From Seison nebaliae (lineage: Eukaryota): DNA of 64,000 bases. The position numbers were made by a program, and so were the translations under genes. The notes below the pieces were generated by a model. That model saw only the letters and a program-made list of their open reading frames with translations, did no database searches and was not told the origin of the DNA. The stretch covers positions 1 through 64,000 of the forward strand of contig JALJEE010001494.1 of assembly GCA_023231475.1 (NCBI GenBank), in the 5' to 3' direction. This document shows, one piece after another, positions 1 through 11,419 of this stretch (position 1 is its first letter; every line of letters starts with the position of its first letter).

Positions 1-151
1 AAAAATTTTTCAAATTTTTTTGCACTATCTTTAAGAGCTTGAATAGGGCTATTTTGCGATATCCACCTTTACGAAAGGTACTTCATAGGACAGAAGTTAT
101 GACCGGTTTTATAAAAACGTAAAAGTGTCCGATTACTTTAAGTTTCTACTG
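1..151. mobile_element. Possible right end of a Tc1/mariner-type DNA transposon or MITE, running off the window start
   Basis: Ends ...gtgtccgattactttaagtttctactg followed by TA (152-153). The reverse complement TA|CAGTAGAAACTTAAAGTAATCGGACAC resembles Tc1-like TIRs. The partner TIR is not in the window. Confidence 0.3.
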
Positions 152-627
152 TATATTAATTATATAAGATTATTGTCAGAATGTTGAATCTTCATAATTT
201 ATGTTAGAAAAAATGAGTTTGACACTTACGTTATAATTATATAATTAAAATTATAATACGTTATTCTTATTATCCTCATACTATCGGTACATTGAGGATG
301 AACGTAAAAGTTGAATTATGCACTAAATCTCAAGCTTGATATTTCATTAAAAAGTAAAAAAAATTCCATTATAGAGATGACGGATAGAAAAGAATTGAAT
401 TATTTTTGTAAGAAAATTTCTTTTAAAATTTAGAAAGAAAGGAGTTGTTTGAGCCAAATATTTTAAATATTAATTTTGCTGTATTATCCCTTTTAGTTTC
501 AAATGGAGAGTATGAATGAAGAATAGTTAATGATTATGAGACGGGAATATACGTCGAAGTACGAGTTGATCATTAGGAAATTTTTTGTTTGCGTTGGACA
601 TCTTTCTTTCAATTTATTCGATTGGCA

Positions 628-3465
628 ATGAACCAAGATGTAATCGAGATGTTGAGTGAGGTGGGAGAAGAGTCGAGAAATGATTCGAATAATCGACGAC
701 AGTCAATGATCGGTATCGATGAATTGTTGGAGTTGATGAAAGAGAAGTCGTTAGAACCATCGCAGAAAAGACGAAAGAAACCAACGAATAATTCGACCGT
801 CACAAAAATCAACTCTCAACCAGTCGATAATTTGGCTGGTGTTTTTCATTGTTTCATTTGTATGGAGATTTTGGTGGATGCTCATATCTGTCCAAGCTGC
901 TCCAAATTGTGTTGTTTCAGTTGTATTAAGCAATGGTTGACGTTAGAATCGAGTTGTCCTCATTGTCGTGCATATTTGATTATTGATGAATTCGTGAAAT
1001 GTCGATGGGCAGCAGATGTTACGAAAGAAATAAAATTGTTACAAAATTGCACGTCACAAGAAGAATGTGATGATGCCGATGATGAGAGAGAAGAAGATGA
1101 TGGAGATGAAGATGATAAAAGATCGGTGAATCATCCGACAGAAGAACGTTGTCACATTCATCCCGAATCATGTTTGACGGTTTTATGTTGTACGTGTATG
1201 AAAGCGATTTGTCATGAATGTGCATTGTTTGGAGAGGAACATCCCGATCATTATTTCAAACAATTGTCCGATGTTTATAAAAAGTGTGTGAAGGATATAC
1301 ATCAACATATCAAACCGTTAGAGATGAATATTGTAATGAAGAATTTGCATATTCAAGGTCTGAGTGAAACAGAAACCGATTTGTCATTAATGAAAATGGA
1401 ATATTCTTCACAATTGGAAGATGACGTAAATCATTTACGTGAAGAGATCGAACATGATTATAAAGAACGTGTTTCTGATTTGAGGAATTATATCGCCATG
1501 AAACGAGTAGAAATGGATAATTATTATAAAGCGAAATTCATCGGAGATATCGCTCTCTCAAAAATGACACGAACGGAATTATTGTCATATTATCGAATGA
1601 TCATTAATGTAATTGATAAACCGTCGGCGATTAAGGAAACGAAGAAAGCGAGAGATTTCCTCAATTGGTATCGTCCATCGAAAATCATTCCACAAATCGA
1701 AATGAAAACGTTGAAAATTAAAAAAGATTATGATATTTCTTTAAAGAGATGTACCTGGTTCGGTACCAGCACATTCGAAGTTGATGGAATTGTTTGGAAA
1801 TTGAAATGTCATATCAATTCGTTGGGATCTCATATTTCCGTTTATTTCCAATTGGTCAGTACTCCAAATAATAAAAGAATTGATGAAAATAATTATGAAT
1901 TATTTTTACAATTATATCGACCAACAACCAGCGATCATGATATGACGAATGATCAATTTACGAAACGATTCGCTCCCTCCTTTGAAATTGGAGAGCAGAA
2001 AGGATATGCTGAATTTATTTCTATGATAGAATTGATGAGTGGAAATTATTTCGATTCCAACAATTATTTCACATTGAAATTTGGTATTCGTGCAAAGAAT
2101 TATTATGTGAAATGTAAACAACAACAACTTTGTATAAATGAATTGATGAGTCGAAGTAAATTGTTCACAGAGATCTCTACCAATCAATTGACACGATCAC
2201 TATCGAACATAGAGAATAATGAGGAGAATAATCGATCATCATCTGAAAATTTACCAGTTCGAACGACATTGCGCGAAGAAGTGAATGACAATAATAATGC
2301 AAATTATCCGAAAATTGCACGAACATCATTTTCTGATACTTCCATTAATGTCAATAAATCATCAGATACGGTCATTGTTACTCCTCCTGCACTCTCACCA
2401 TTACCTATACCATCAACTAATTCGGAAATTGTTGAACCGAATGAACTGACGAACATTATAGGGAAAATGAGAATTCCTTCATCTCCCAAAATCATCACAC
2501 TTCCAGTAAAAGAAGAACAATCGAAAAATGAAATCGAAGTTAATGATTCGAACGAATATCAATGGTCTCAAGAACAACCGTTATCATTAGGATGGATTGA
2601 TTTATCAATCGATGATGAACAATTTCCAAGTGATACGAAAGATAAATCGACAAAATTTGAAAAAAAATCAGAAATCAGTTCAGGTTCCGATTTAGAGATA
2701 TTTATCGAGAAGATGAAAGCAAAATATCTTTCCACCACCTCGTTTACCACAACAACTACGTCAGATGATCAACGACTTTTATTCACATATGGTACGGCTT
2801 TAACGACCAGTAACTCTCAAACGAAATTGACGTCGTCATCAAATAGAAATTATTTCAATTCAACTTACGAGAATAATGATTTGATTCATGAGAATGAAAA
2901 AAGAAATTCTCTTGATGATCAAAATCTCAACAATACTAATAATAATAATAACAACAACAACAATAACGTCCATTCGTTGGATAATCGTTCGAAATGTTTA
3001 AATTTAACATCAGCAAATATCTCATTTAGTGATTGTTCCAGTTCCAATAATTCGACCATTTCTCTCAACAACGAAGAACAGAAGAATCGACTGGATGACA
3101 TTTCTCGATTGAAGCCAACGAGAAATTTAATAGATTCATATGCTAAACGACGACCACGATTCCATATCGCCAATAATAATAAGAAGAAAAAAAAAAAAGT
3201 TCTACTGTTAGAATTGGAAGTGTTAAGTGGATATGAGAATCATGGTGCTGAAATAGCACAGTCGGATAGTGAAGATAATTCAACGTCGTCCAATTCTTCC
3301 ACGAATGACAACGATATCAATGACGATTCATTTCATATGAGAGATGTATATAGCAGAAGTACAAGTGAAGACGACGAAGAAGAAGAAGAAGAAGATGACG
3401 ATGATGATGATGATGATGATGATGATGAAGACGACGAAGATGAAGAAGATAATCAGGAAGATTGA
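628..3465 (+). CDS. TRIM37: TRIM37-like E3 ubiquitin ligase (RING, B-box, coiled coil, MATH), apparently intronless
   Basis: RING VFHCFICMEILVDAHICPSCSKLCCFSCIKQWLT..CPHCRA closely resembles TRIM37. B-box CHIH..CCTCMKAICHECALFGEEHPDH. MATH domain (GIVWKLK..HISVYFQL..FAPSFEIGEQKGYAEFI). Low-complexity, acidic C-terminus. First ATG is at 628; the ORF track starts at a TTG at 589. Confidence 0.93.
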   Translation: MNQDVIEMLSEVGEESRNDSNNRRQSMIGIDELLELMKEKSLEPSQKRRKKPTNNSTVTKINSQPVDNLAGVFHCFICMEILVDAHICPSCSKLCCFSCIKQWLTLESSCPHCRAYLIIDEFVKCRWAADVTKEIKLLQNCTSQEECDDADDEREEDDGDEDDKRSVNHPTEERCHIHPESCLTVLCCTCMKAICHECALFGEEHPDHYFKQLSDVYKKCVKDIHQHIKPLEMNIVMKNLHIQGLSETETDLSLMKMEYSSQLEDDVNHLREEIEHDYKERVSDLRNYIAMKRVEMDNYYKAKFIGDIALSKMTRTELLSYYRMIINVIDKPSAIKETKKARDFLNWYRPSKIIPQIEMKTLKIKKDYDISLKRCTWFGTSTFEVDGIVWKLKCHINSLGSHISVYFQLVSTPNNKRIDENNYELFLQLYRPTTSDHDMTNDQFTKRFAPSFEIGEQKGYAEFISMIELMSGNYFDSNNYFTLKFGIRAKNYYVKCKQQQLCINELMSRSKLFTEISTNQLTRSLSNIENNEENNRSSSENLPVRTTLREEVNDNNNANYPKIARTSFSDTSINVNKSSDTVIVTPPALSPLPIPSTNSEIVEPNELTNIIGKMRIPSSPKIITLPVKEEQSKNEIEVNDSNEYQWSQEQPLSLGWIDLSIDDEQFPSDTKDKSTKFEKKSEISSGSDLEIFIEKMKAKYLSTTSFTTTTTSDDQRLLFTYGTALTTSNSQTKLTSSSNRNYFNSTYENNDLIHENEKRNSLDDQNLNNTNNNNNNNNNNVHSLDNRSKCLNLTSANISFSDCSSSNNSTISLNNEEQKNRLDDISRLKPTRNLIDSYAKRRPRFHIANNNKKKKKKVLLLELEVLSGYENHGAEIAQSDSEDNSTSSNSSTNDNDINDDSFHMRDVYSRSTSEDDEEEEEEDDDDDDDDDDDEDDEDEEDNQED

Positions 3466-3808
3466 CAATTTTCAAACCTCAATTTTTTCATTTCAGAACA
3501 TCACATTCTTTCATTGAAAAAATCATTCAAAATTTATTCATAAAATGAATAATCACATTCTCACCATTTTTCAGAACAATAATCTCATTATTTTACATTA
3601 TAATTCAATTCTTTCATTTTTTCTATTCATTGATTTAAATTAAACAGATCCGTTTCAATTTCTCATTATAATTTAACTTTCTTCCACATTTCCTACCAAA
3701 ATTAATTGTTTGAAGGAAAATTCAAATTCTCTTATTATTCGATTAACAATTGTAGAATATATTACAATAATAACAATTATAACAATTCTATAAATCTGAT
3801 AATTAATT

Positions 3809-6800
3809 TTATCGATTTCGATTCATTCTTGTACGAACGAATCCTCGCGGAGTTCTCGTCGGTCTCGAGCTTAATGTTTTGTTATCTCTTCCGGGGAAGG
3901 GTGCATGACCAGTTGCAACGTTAATCGTTTCAGAAACGGACGTTCCCAATTGTGGTCTACTACGATGATCGATCGATCCAGTACCAGGAGTACTTCGATT
4001 GATAACGGCGCCCGGATTCCGACTTTTCCATAATTGTGACGGTAATCTAGGAGAAGCTTGTGTCGATTCTATTAAATTTTAAATATTTGAATTAAATTCA
4101 GAAAATTAAATTTTTGTAACGATCGAAATTTGTCATAGTTTCCACCGTTTCAGGGATGTCGTGAACTAATCGTTTGTTTAATGACGTTCGAGCAAATTGC
4201 GGTGCATGAGTCGGTGGAATTGATTTCGGTCTCGTCATATTTCCTTGTGAAGGTTTTTCTGTTGGTGATGTTCTTGTTCTAGCAAATCTTGGATCTGTTC
4301 CTCCAGTGATGTGAGTTCGTTTTCCAGACGGAACGGTTCGTCTTCCTGGTATTGGTTGACTATCGACAAACGTATCTGCAGCGGTTCGGATAGTTTTCGG
4401 TTCTTCGAATGGTAATAATGACTCCGGAAGATGATCTTTTGTATCTCGTCGACCTTCTTTCGATTTCTTCTTCGATGTTACAAGAGATGTAGACGATTTT
4501 TTAGTTATAGCAGATGACGATTTCATAGGTGTATTAGACGGTTTTGATGTTGAACTTCGTTGTCCAGTTGGCGGCATTTGTTCACGAGATGTCGTTTTTA
4601 TCGGACTGAGACCGGTAGAACCTCCCGGAACCATTGTGGATGATCTGGTGGTGGATTCGTTTGGTTCAAATGTCGGTTCGTTCATTTCCATCGCTATATT
4701 GCCAGTGTTGGTTTCTGGTGGTTGTTCTGATGAGACACTCACTTGATCTTGAATACCACCACGAGAACTTGTATGAATAATGGCTTGGCTACTTTTCTTC
4801 GCTGTTGATAGGACCTTCGATTTACTTTCGGTTGGTTGCAATTGCCCTACTGATTCCGATTTGGCCATTGGACTTGCTGATTCCGATTGCGGCATTGGAG
4901 TTGGTGATTCAGATCTGAAGGTTGATCGATCTGTTACTGACATTGTGCTATCTTCTTCACAATTTCTTGGTAAGAATTGATATAACTTCTTCACTTCATT
5001 ATCAGTTAAATCGTAGAAATTCGGTTTGGAACTATAAAGGAATTCGGAACAAACCGTCTGTATGGTTCTTCCCGACGGTAATTTCATATTAGCATTCCAG
5101 GCTTGTAGGAAAGCTTCTTCATTCTGTTGTTCTAAATTGAGAAATATTAAATTTCTCAGTTTCGTCGCTGAATAAAATTCAAATTCACTTTCTTCTTGAT
5201 TCATCAAATGTCCGTAAATTTTCCGCAATTCTCCCAATTTCATCGAATTGATTCTCTTCCAAGACGATTTACCTATTTCTGCAATCTGCTGGGGACTGAC
5301 AAACAACTTGTCCACTTCTCCCACTGACACTCCACAAAGTTCGGCAAATCTACGTATTGGTGTTTCTCCTCTAGGCATTTCTTTTAAACGACACGAAAAT
5401 TCCGTCGCCATATTCGTAACCGATTCCTTCCTAATATTTTTCAATTCCTTTTTCAATACTGCCATCGATTCCAATACATCATCCGAATTTGACGACCATT
5501 CAAGTTCTTTATCTAAATCTATTTTGTACATTCGACTACCGATTCCGTCCGCTCGAATAGTTTCGATATAACAACCATGTTGATCGTTTCCCATTGATTG
5601 GATGAGTTCCATATTCTCATAAACTCCATCCGAAGAGATATGAGGTGCATTATCATCATCTAATGCAATTTTTACATATGCTGCTTTTCCTAAATTTTGA
5701 GGTCGGTTCACGTTTTCAGATTTAGCGACTGATTGATGGTGAGATGATTGAGCAATAGTTGGATGGTGGGATGATTTTCCGACCGTTTGATGGTGAGATG
5801 ATTGAGCGATAGTTGGATGATGAGATGATTTTGCAACAGTTTGACGGAGAGATGATTTGGCGACTATTTGACGGTGAGATGATTGTGCGACTGATTGATG
5901 GTGAGATGATGGAGAAATTGATTGATGATGAGACGATTCAGCAATTGACTGATGATGAGACGATTCAGCATTTGGTAGATGATGAGATGATTGATAATGA
6001 ACAGACTTATCAGGAGTTTGCTGATGCATCACCATTGATGATTGTGCTATCGGTTGTTCCGCTGTTGATGGTGGTATTGGGTCAGAATTATGGCTTCTGA
6101 TTGTTTGTGACGCTGCATCATGGGGTATGTTTGACAGTTCTACCGGTTGTTCACGTGGCAGAAATTTACATTCATCAAATCTGGGTTGTGATGGTGGAGG
6201 TTCAACGTTCTTTTTACGTGTAAATGACGTTTTCAATTTACACAATCCTCGTAAAATCGCTTCTTGATCGAACGTATATTGATAAATTTGATATACGAGA
6301 ATTGCGAAAAATGCCAGACACACATTCACCCACGAACAAATACGATAAAGGAAATAAAGTGGCATCAATATAGGAACGTAACTCTTAAAGGGGAAAACCC
6401 AAGTCCATAAAAAAGATCCCACAAAACCGGCCATACTAGCACCAGGTGTAAAAAAGGGAAAAGATCGGGAACCTTCGTCATCTGATTCTTCAGATTCGGA
6501 CGGACATTTTGGACGAGTGAAAAATGCCGAACAAGTATCTTTACTACTCTGAGTTCGACGACATGGCGTAGCTGAAGGAAATAAGGGATTACTTTCTCTT
6601 TTACAACTCTCGACAGTATTCCTCAATTGTTTCACTTCTTTCATTAACACCTCCAACGGAACATTATCTCTCAATCTGATATTCGATTGTTTACAAATAT
6701 TTGCAGACATATTCTTCTTCATCTCCGCACACGTACTGGGTGGTGTTACTTTTTCACTTAACGATTTTTCACTTTTCACTGTTGACGGTTTTTTTTCCAC

Positions 6801-7352
6801 TTCTGTTGATACGCAAGCGTCACGCGTTGTATCTTCCGATGCTCCACAATCAGTACATTCGTACTCCACTAAATCACCAGTACATTGGACATCTTCCAGT
6901 ATCAATCGATCCGGACAAGTTCCATCAGCAAAATAGCCTTGGAACATTGCCGAGAAAGTTTTATTTTGTTTCGTTTCACTCGATATATCAACATCTTTTT
7001 TCTTATCTTTAAATTTCGCATATCGAAACAAATCTTTTCTAAAACTATAAATGGGACCCAGACCTTCAGTTTCAGCTTCCTGACCGTTTCGATCTACAGA
7101 TGCATAATTATTATTGAAGTTCGACAGTGTGTACGGATCAATGTTATTATTAGTTCTATTTTTAACTCTTTGCTCATCTTGCTTTGTTTTATGACGACGA
7201 TATCTAGAAGTCGAATCATTTCTCTTTAACAATTTTACATTTGTCCCTTTAACTGCTCTACGATGTGACATAGCAGTTAACGACAACGAAGTGGAGTGGA
7301 ATAAAAAATACGAAATTCAAATTAAGAAAAAATAAAAGTATTTGGTTTTCAT
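3809..7352 (-). CDS. Orphan ~1100-aa protein with a hydrophobic (probably membrane) block, Ser/His/Gln repeats and an S/T/P-rich tail; two exons
   Basis: 1062-codon ORF. A 52-nt GTTACA...TAG intron (4120-4069) joins it in frame to a terminal exon ending TAA at 3809-3811. Start is either ATG 7271, or ATG 7352 if the in-frame TGA at 7317-7319 is bypassed or an error. No family recognised. Confidence 0.7.
5721..5995 (-). repeat. Coding tandem repeat, about 10 degenerate 27-bp units encoding SSHHQ(S/T)(I/V)A(Q/E/K)
   Basis: Translation SSHHLPNAE SSHHQSIAE SSHHQSISP SSHHQSVAQ SSHRQIVAK SSLRQTVAK SSHHPTIAQ SSHHQTVGK SSHHPTIAQ SSHHQSVAK. Confidence 0.85.
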
Positions 7353-8239
7353 TTGAACATCCACTCTTACATCGACTTCTATTTGATGTTTACTTCTATG
7401 ATTACTTCAATCTCTTCCACGCCTACCAAACTTTCGGAAATCCTCAAACTTAATTTCAAAAATTTCATTAAGATAAGTAGATAACACTTTAATTTCTCGT
7501 AATCATTATTTTGAGCCGAACTAAACAATTTATATAATGTTTTATGAACTACTCAAAGATTATATTTAGTAGGGTAGGAATTATACCTTGAAGAACTTTT
7601 ATCTTTTTCAGGAACTTTTAGAAAGGAGTTATCTTTTTTTCTTTTTAATTTACCTCGTGGGGATTCTATCAATATTTCATCCCTTATTTGATTTCTGAAA
7701 ATCTCATATTCTAAAGAAGAATGTCGTGATTTTTATTTTTCATTGCGCTACAGGGATTTGTACTTGATTCGGTGACGGTGATTACTAAACGGTGATTGCT
7801 CCTCTTTTACTTCAACCAATTTAGTTTTTTGCATTTTAAAGTAGTTTTGCAGAAAATAATATCATAAAAAAGTATATTTTCTGAAAGTATTTTTTCTCCT
7901 CTATCCAATACTGCCCATTCGTTACTAACGAATCGTTAGAAGATATTGTGAAGATATTTAGAATCACAGATCAAAAAAAATTCAAAAAAAAATTTTTTGT
8001 CTCTCTCTAAATTAAACTGCTTAAAGGGTTAAGGAATCTTCTTTTTTATAATTTGTATCCCTGGACGTTCGATATAAATAAAGATAATTTATGATCAAAA
8101 TTAAAAGGAAATGTATTAATTCAATTAAAAACTAACAGTAAGATAAACAAAAATTGAATAGGTGCAGGTTTTCTGAACAGGATCTTCATGAAGTTAGAAT
8201 AGTTTCGCTGTTGATGTTACCACCATTTAATGCGATTAA

Positions 8240-8680
8240 AGTACCATATCTTTATTAAAATGGTGATAGTTTAAACAGTTCCTAAAAATAAATTTGATAT
8301 TATTTTTACTTTCGTCTGGAGCTATTTCACCACCTTTTGCCTGTTTTATAATGTTCAAATAGTTTTGAAATAGGACGTTAAATTGAAATATGAAAAGTTA
8401 GATAAAATTTAACTTCTTTAATTTCACTTCTGTTTATATCTGATGAGAACTTTAAATTTATAATGAATGGAATTAATTTAATAAAAATTAATTAATAAAG
8501 GATGGTGGATTAAACAACTTGATTCTTTAACTATTTTTGTAAATTCATTAATATTGGTATATATTTCTAGCTTTAAAATTTGTAATATTTAATTTATGTA
8601 ACTGTCGATTTTCAAACGAAACATCAAGATAAGAAGGATGGAGATAGAGTTAAACATGTAATTATACACGTCATTTATGA
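8240..8680 (-). pseudogene. Diverged duplicate (copy A) of the segment at ~11760-12245; probable decayed gene fragment, cut off at the LINE insertion
   Basis: Shares a near-identical block (agttagataaaatttaacttctttaatttca..gtttatatctgatgagaactttaaatttataatgaat) and tacacgtcatttat with copy B. Similarity stops where RT sequence begins at ~8680. Confidence 0.5.
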
Positions 8681-9530
8681 TGATCAATGCGATCAACTCT
8701 TCAGGAAGTAACAAGGCCAACGACATAGACGGGATTTGTCCAAAACTCGTGCAATGTTGTGAAGAGAGACTGTCGCCGTTTCTTCTCGAAATCGTCAATC
8801 AAGCTTTCGACACAGGAGTGTTCCCCGTCGAATGGTTCCGCTTCAGAGCAATTCCATTGCTGAAGAAACCATCTAACGATACACACGAACTGAATTCTTA
8901 CCGTCCGATCTGCATTAGTCCATTCATGCTTCGTCTCATCGAGCGAATGGTACTCAACAGATACAGGACGAGTTTTTATTCCTCTCCTCATCAATTCCAG
9001 TACAGAGTTGCTGATCGCAGCGTCCATCCGATTCTTATCATATTCCACTCATTATTCTTCGAAGCTCGACCACAATACTCACAATTACACGCGTTGTTCC
9101 TCGATGCATCGAAAGCTTTCGATTCCACTGACGTGGTACCGGCTTTCTCCTCCATAGCAGCTAGGAACACACCGGATATAGTTTTGCGTTTTCTCCGTCA
9201 ATTATGTTTCTTTTCCACCGTGTCGCTATCATTCAATCATACTCTGGGAACTCCTTTCCTGGTCAACAATGGTGTCAGACAAGGTTCCATTCTGGGACCT
9301 ACCGAGACTACCGATCATATCCGAAATAAATTCGTCCGTGCATCATTCTCATTCGCAACACGATCGAAGTATTTTCCACTTCCAATCCGAATTCGTGTTT
9401 TCTCTTCACTTGTCCTCCCATTATATGGGAGTGCTGTTGGAATTGTCTCTTTTTGGGAATTTACAGATTTATTTATTTTTTTCTTTTCTCTCTTTCCTTC
9501 TTTAAATGAATAAATAAATAAATAAACATA
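8680..9530 (+). mobile_element. 5'-truncated, internally deleted non-LTR (LINE) retrotransposon RT fragment
   Basis: RT motifs YRPICIS, QFQYR, LFLDASKAFDS, GVRQGSILGP. The YADD region is missing (jump at 9300/9301). T-rich 3' region followed by a (TAAA)n tail at ~9509-9527. Confidence 0.88.
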
Positions 9531-9926
9531 AATTAAAAAGAAATTTAAAAATTATTATTAATAAATTTCTTGCTCATTCTAGCATTATGAAACCGTAATA
9601 TGAGACAGAATTCACATATTGATGATAATGCGACAAACTTTATTCAATAAACTTAAACGTCAATCACATTTTCATAACTTGATCCACAAAAAATATTACA
9701 TAAGGCAACTGTGTCTTATTAGATATTTGATAAATAATAGTGAGAAAATTTATCAATTTTACAAAATGAGATAAACTTATTTAAACATTCACTTTCGTTC
9801 ATTAATATAATATCAACAAAAATTAATTTTTTTATTCAATTTAAAAAAAATAGAATTTGTTTGATATTAAGCTTCGAAGATCTAAATAATAAAGTTTTTG
9901 ATTAAAAATATCATCAGAAGTGAAAG

Positions 9927-11282
9927 ATGTCGATGAAATTAACCGTGGCAATTTGCCAATTGAAATGTTTAAAGAATAAATGGAAGAACATAGAGAAGGT
10001 GACAGGAATGATCGGAAGAATCATGAAAGATAATTCTAAAGTCAAATTAATTTGTTTACCAGAGGCAGTTGATGTGTTTGATATTGAAAAGGAGAAATTG
10101 ATTAATGAGGCAATTAAATGGCCGTTCGATTTGAAAGAGAGAAATATGTTGACGGAATGTATGGAATTAGCGAAAAAGTATCAAGTGCAAATTTCAATTG
10201 GGAGTTGTCATGTCCATCGAAAAGAAGAGAAGAAAATTCGAAATACTCATATTCTTATAAATGATGATGGTGAAATAATCGATATGTATGATAAAATACA
10301 TCTCTTTCAAATCTGTCAGAAGAATGGAATTGAAATAAATGAAAATAATTGGACGATCAATGGAACAAAATTGAAATCATCAAAAATATCAAACGGTTTC
10401 ACTTTCGGATATGGAATTTGTTTCGATGTTCGATTTCCGTTAATGGCCGATCGTTTACGACGAGAGAGAAATGTTGATATTTTGACATATCCAAGTGCAT
10501 TTACCAGACGAACTGGTGAAGATCATTGGAATGTTTTATTGAGATGTCGAGCAATTGAAAATCAATGTTATGTTATAGCTGCAACACAATATAATCAAAA
10601 TTTAAATAGTACTTATGGTCATTCGATGGTAATTGATCCATGGGGTCGAATATTAATCGATTTGAAAAAAGAAGAAGATATTTATGGAATTTGTGAATTA
10701 GATAAAACTTTAATAGAAGAATTAAGAAATTCTCTACCAATTACTAATGTTCGAAATGAATTAAATGATTTTTATGATAACAAACCATCACTCATCAATC
10801 CGATAAATTGGGATACTAAACAAATATATTTTAGTTCAAAAATTTTAGTTCCATCAAATCAAATTTTTTGTAGAACAAAATTGTCTTTTGCTTTCGTTAA
10901 CATCCGTCCATTACTCCCTTATCATATTTTAATTTCTCCTTTAAGAAATGATGTGAAAAGATTCACCAATTTAACCAGTAAAGAAAATGAAGATATTTTC
11001 CAATTAAGTCAAATTATTTGTAAGAAATTCGAACAGAATTTACACAGTGATTCCTTCACCATCGCCATTCAAGATGGTGAAGCAGCTGGACAATCTGTAA
11101 GTCATGTCCATATTCATTTAATCCCTCGTATCTTCAATGATTTGGAGAACAATGATGATATTTATAAGGAATTGAATCGTGATATGGAAAGAAGTTTATC
11201 CGAAGAAAGAAATAATCGTTCTCTTGCAGAAATGGAGAATGAAGCAGTTTATTTGAGGAATATTATCTATGCACCACAATAA
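9927..11282 (+). CDS. NitFhit: NitFhit fusion protein (Nit1-type nitrilase-family amidase plus Fhit dinucleoside triphosphate hydrolase), intronless
   Basis: Nitrilase triad motifs CLPEA, YDKIHLF, GICFDVRFP; also YPSAFT and RAIENQCYVIAA. C-terminal HIT domain with AIQDGEAAGQSVSHVHIHLIPR and NDDIY. Confidence 0.95.
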   Translation: MSMKLTVAICQLKCLKNKWKNIEKVTGMIGRIMKDNSKVKLICLPEAVDVFDIEKEKLINEAIKWPFDLKERNMLTECMELAKKYQVQISIGSCHVHRKEEKKIRNTHILINDDGEIIDMYDKIHLFQICQKNGIEINENNWTINGTKLKSSKISNGFTFGYGICFDVRFPLMADRLRRERNVDILTYPSAFTRRTGEDHWNVLLRCRAIENQCYVIAATQYNQNLNSTYGHSMVIDPWGRILIDLKKEEDIYGICELDKTLIEELRNSLPITNVRNELNDFYDNKPSLINPINWDTKQIYFSSKILVPSNQIFCRTKLSFAFVNIRPLLPYHILISPLRNDVKRFTNLTSKENEDIFQLSQIICKKFEQNLHSDSFTIAIQDGEAAGQSVSHVHIHLIPRIFNDLENNDDIYKELNRDMERSLSEERNNRSLAEMENEAVYLRNIIYAPQ

Positions 11283-11419
11283 ATATTTCTTGTTTCTAAA
11301 ATTATATAATTTATTTTTTAAAAAAAATTTTACGATAATTAATTACGATAAGATTAATTTAAATTTGATATCAATAATATTTTTATTTTGTATAAATTGG
11401 AATTTAAATAGTTTGAACA

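Noticed and set aside
7317..7319. Genome-wide stop-codon reassignment
   Set aside because: TGA, TAA and TAG each terminate confident genes (TRIM37, NitFhit, HGD). Apparent internal stops in conserved genes are explained by short introns.
7749..8063. Possible Tc1-type MITE bounded by CAGGGAT...ATCCCTG
   Set aside because: Only a 7-bp inverted match and no TA on the right flank.
8439..8470. CTGATGAG hammerhead-ribozyme-like core, also near 11978
   Set aside because: No stem II followed by GAAA and no flanking helices.
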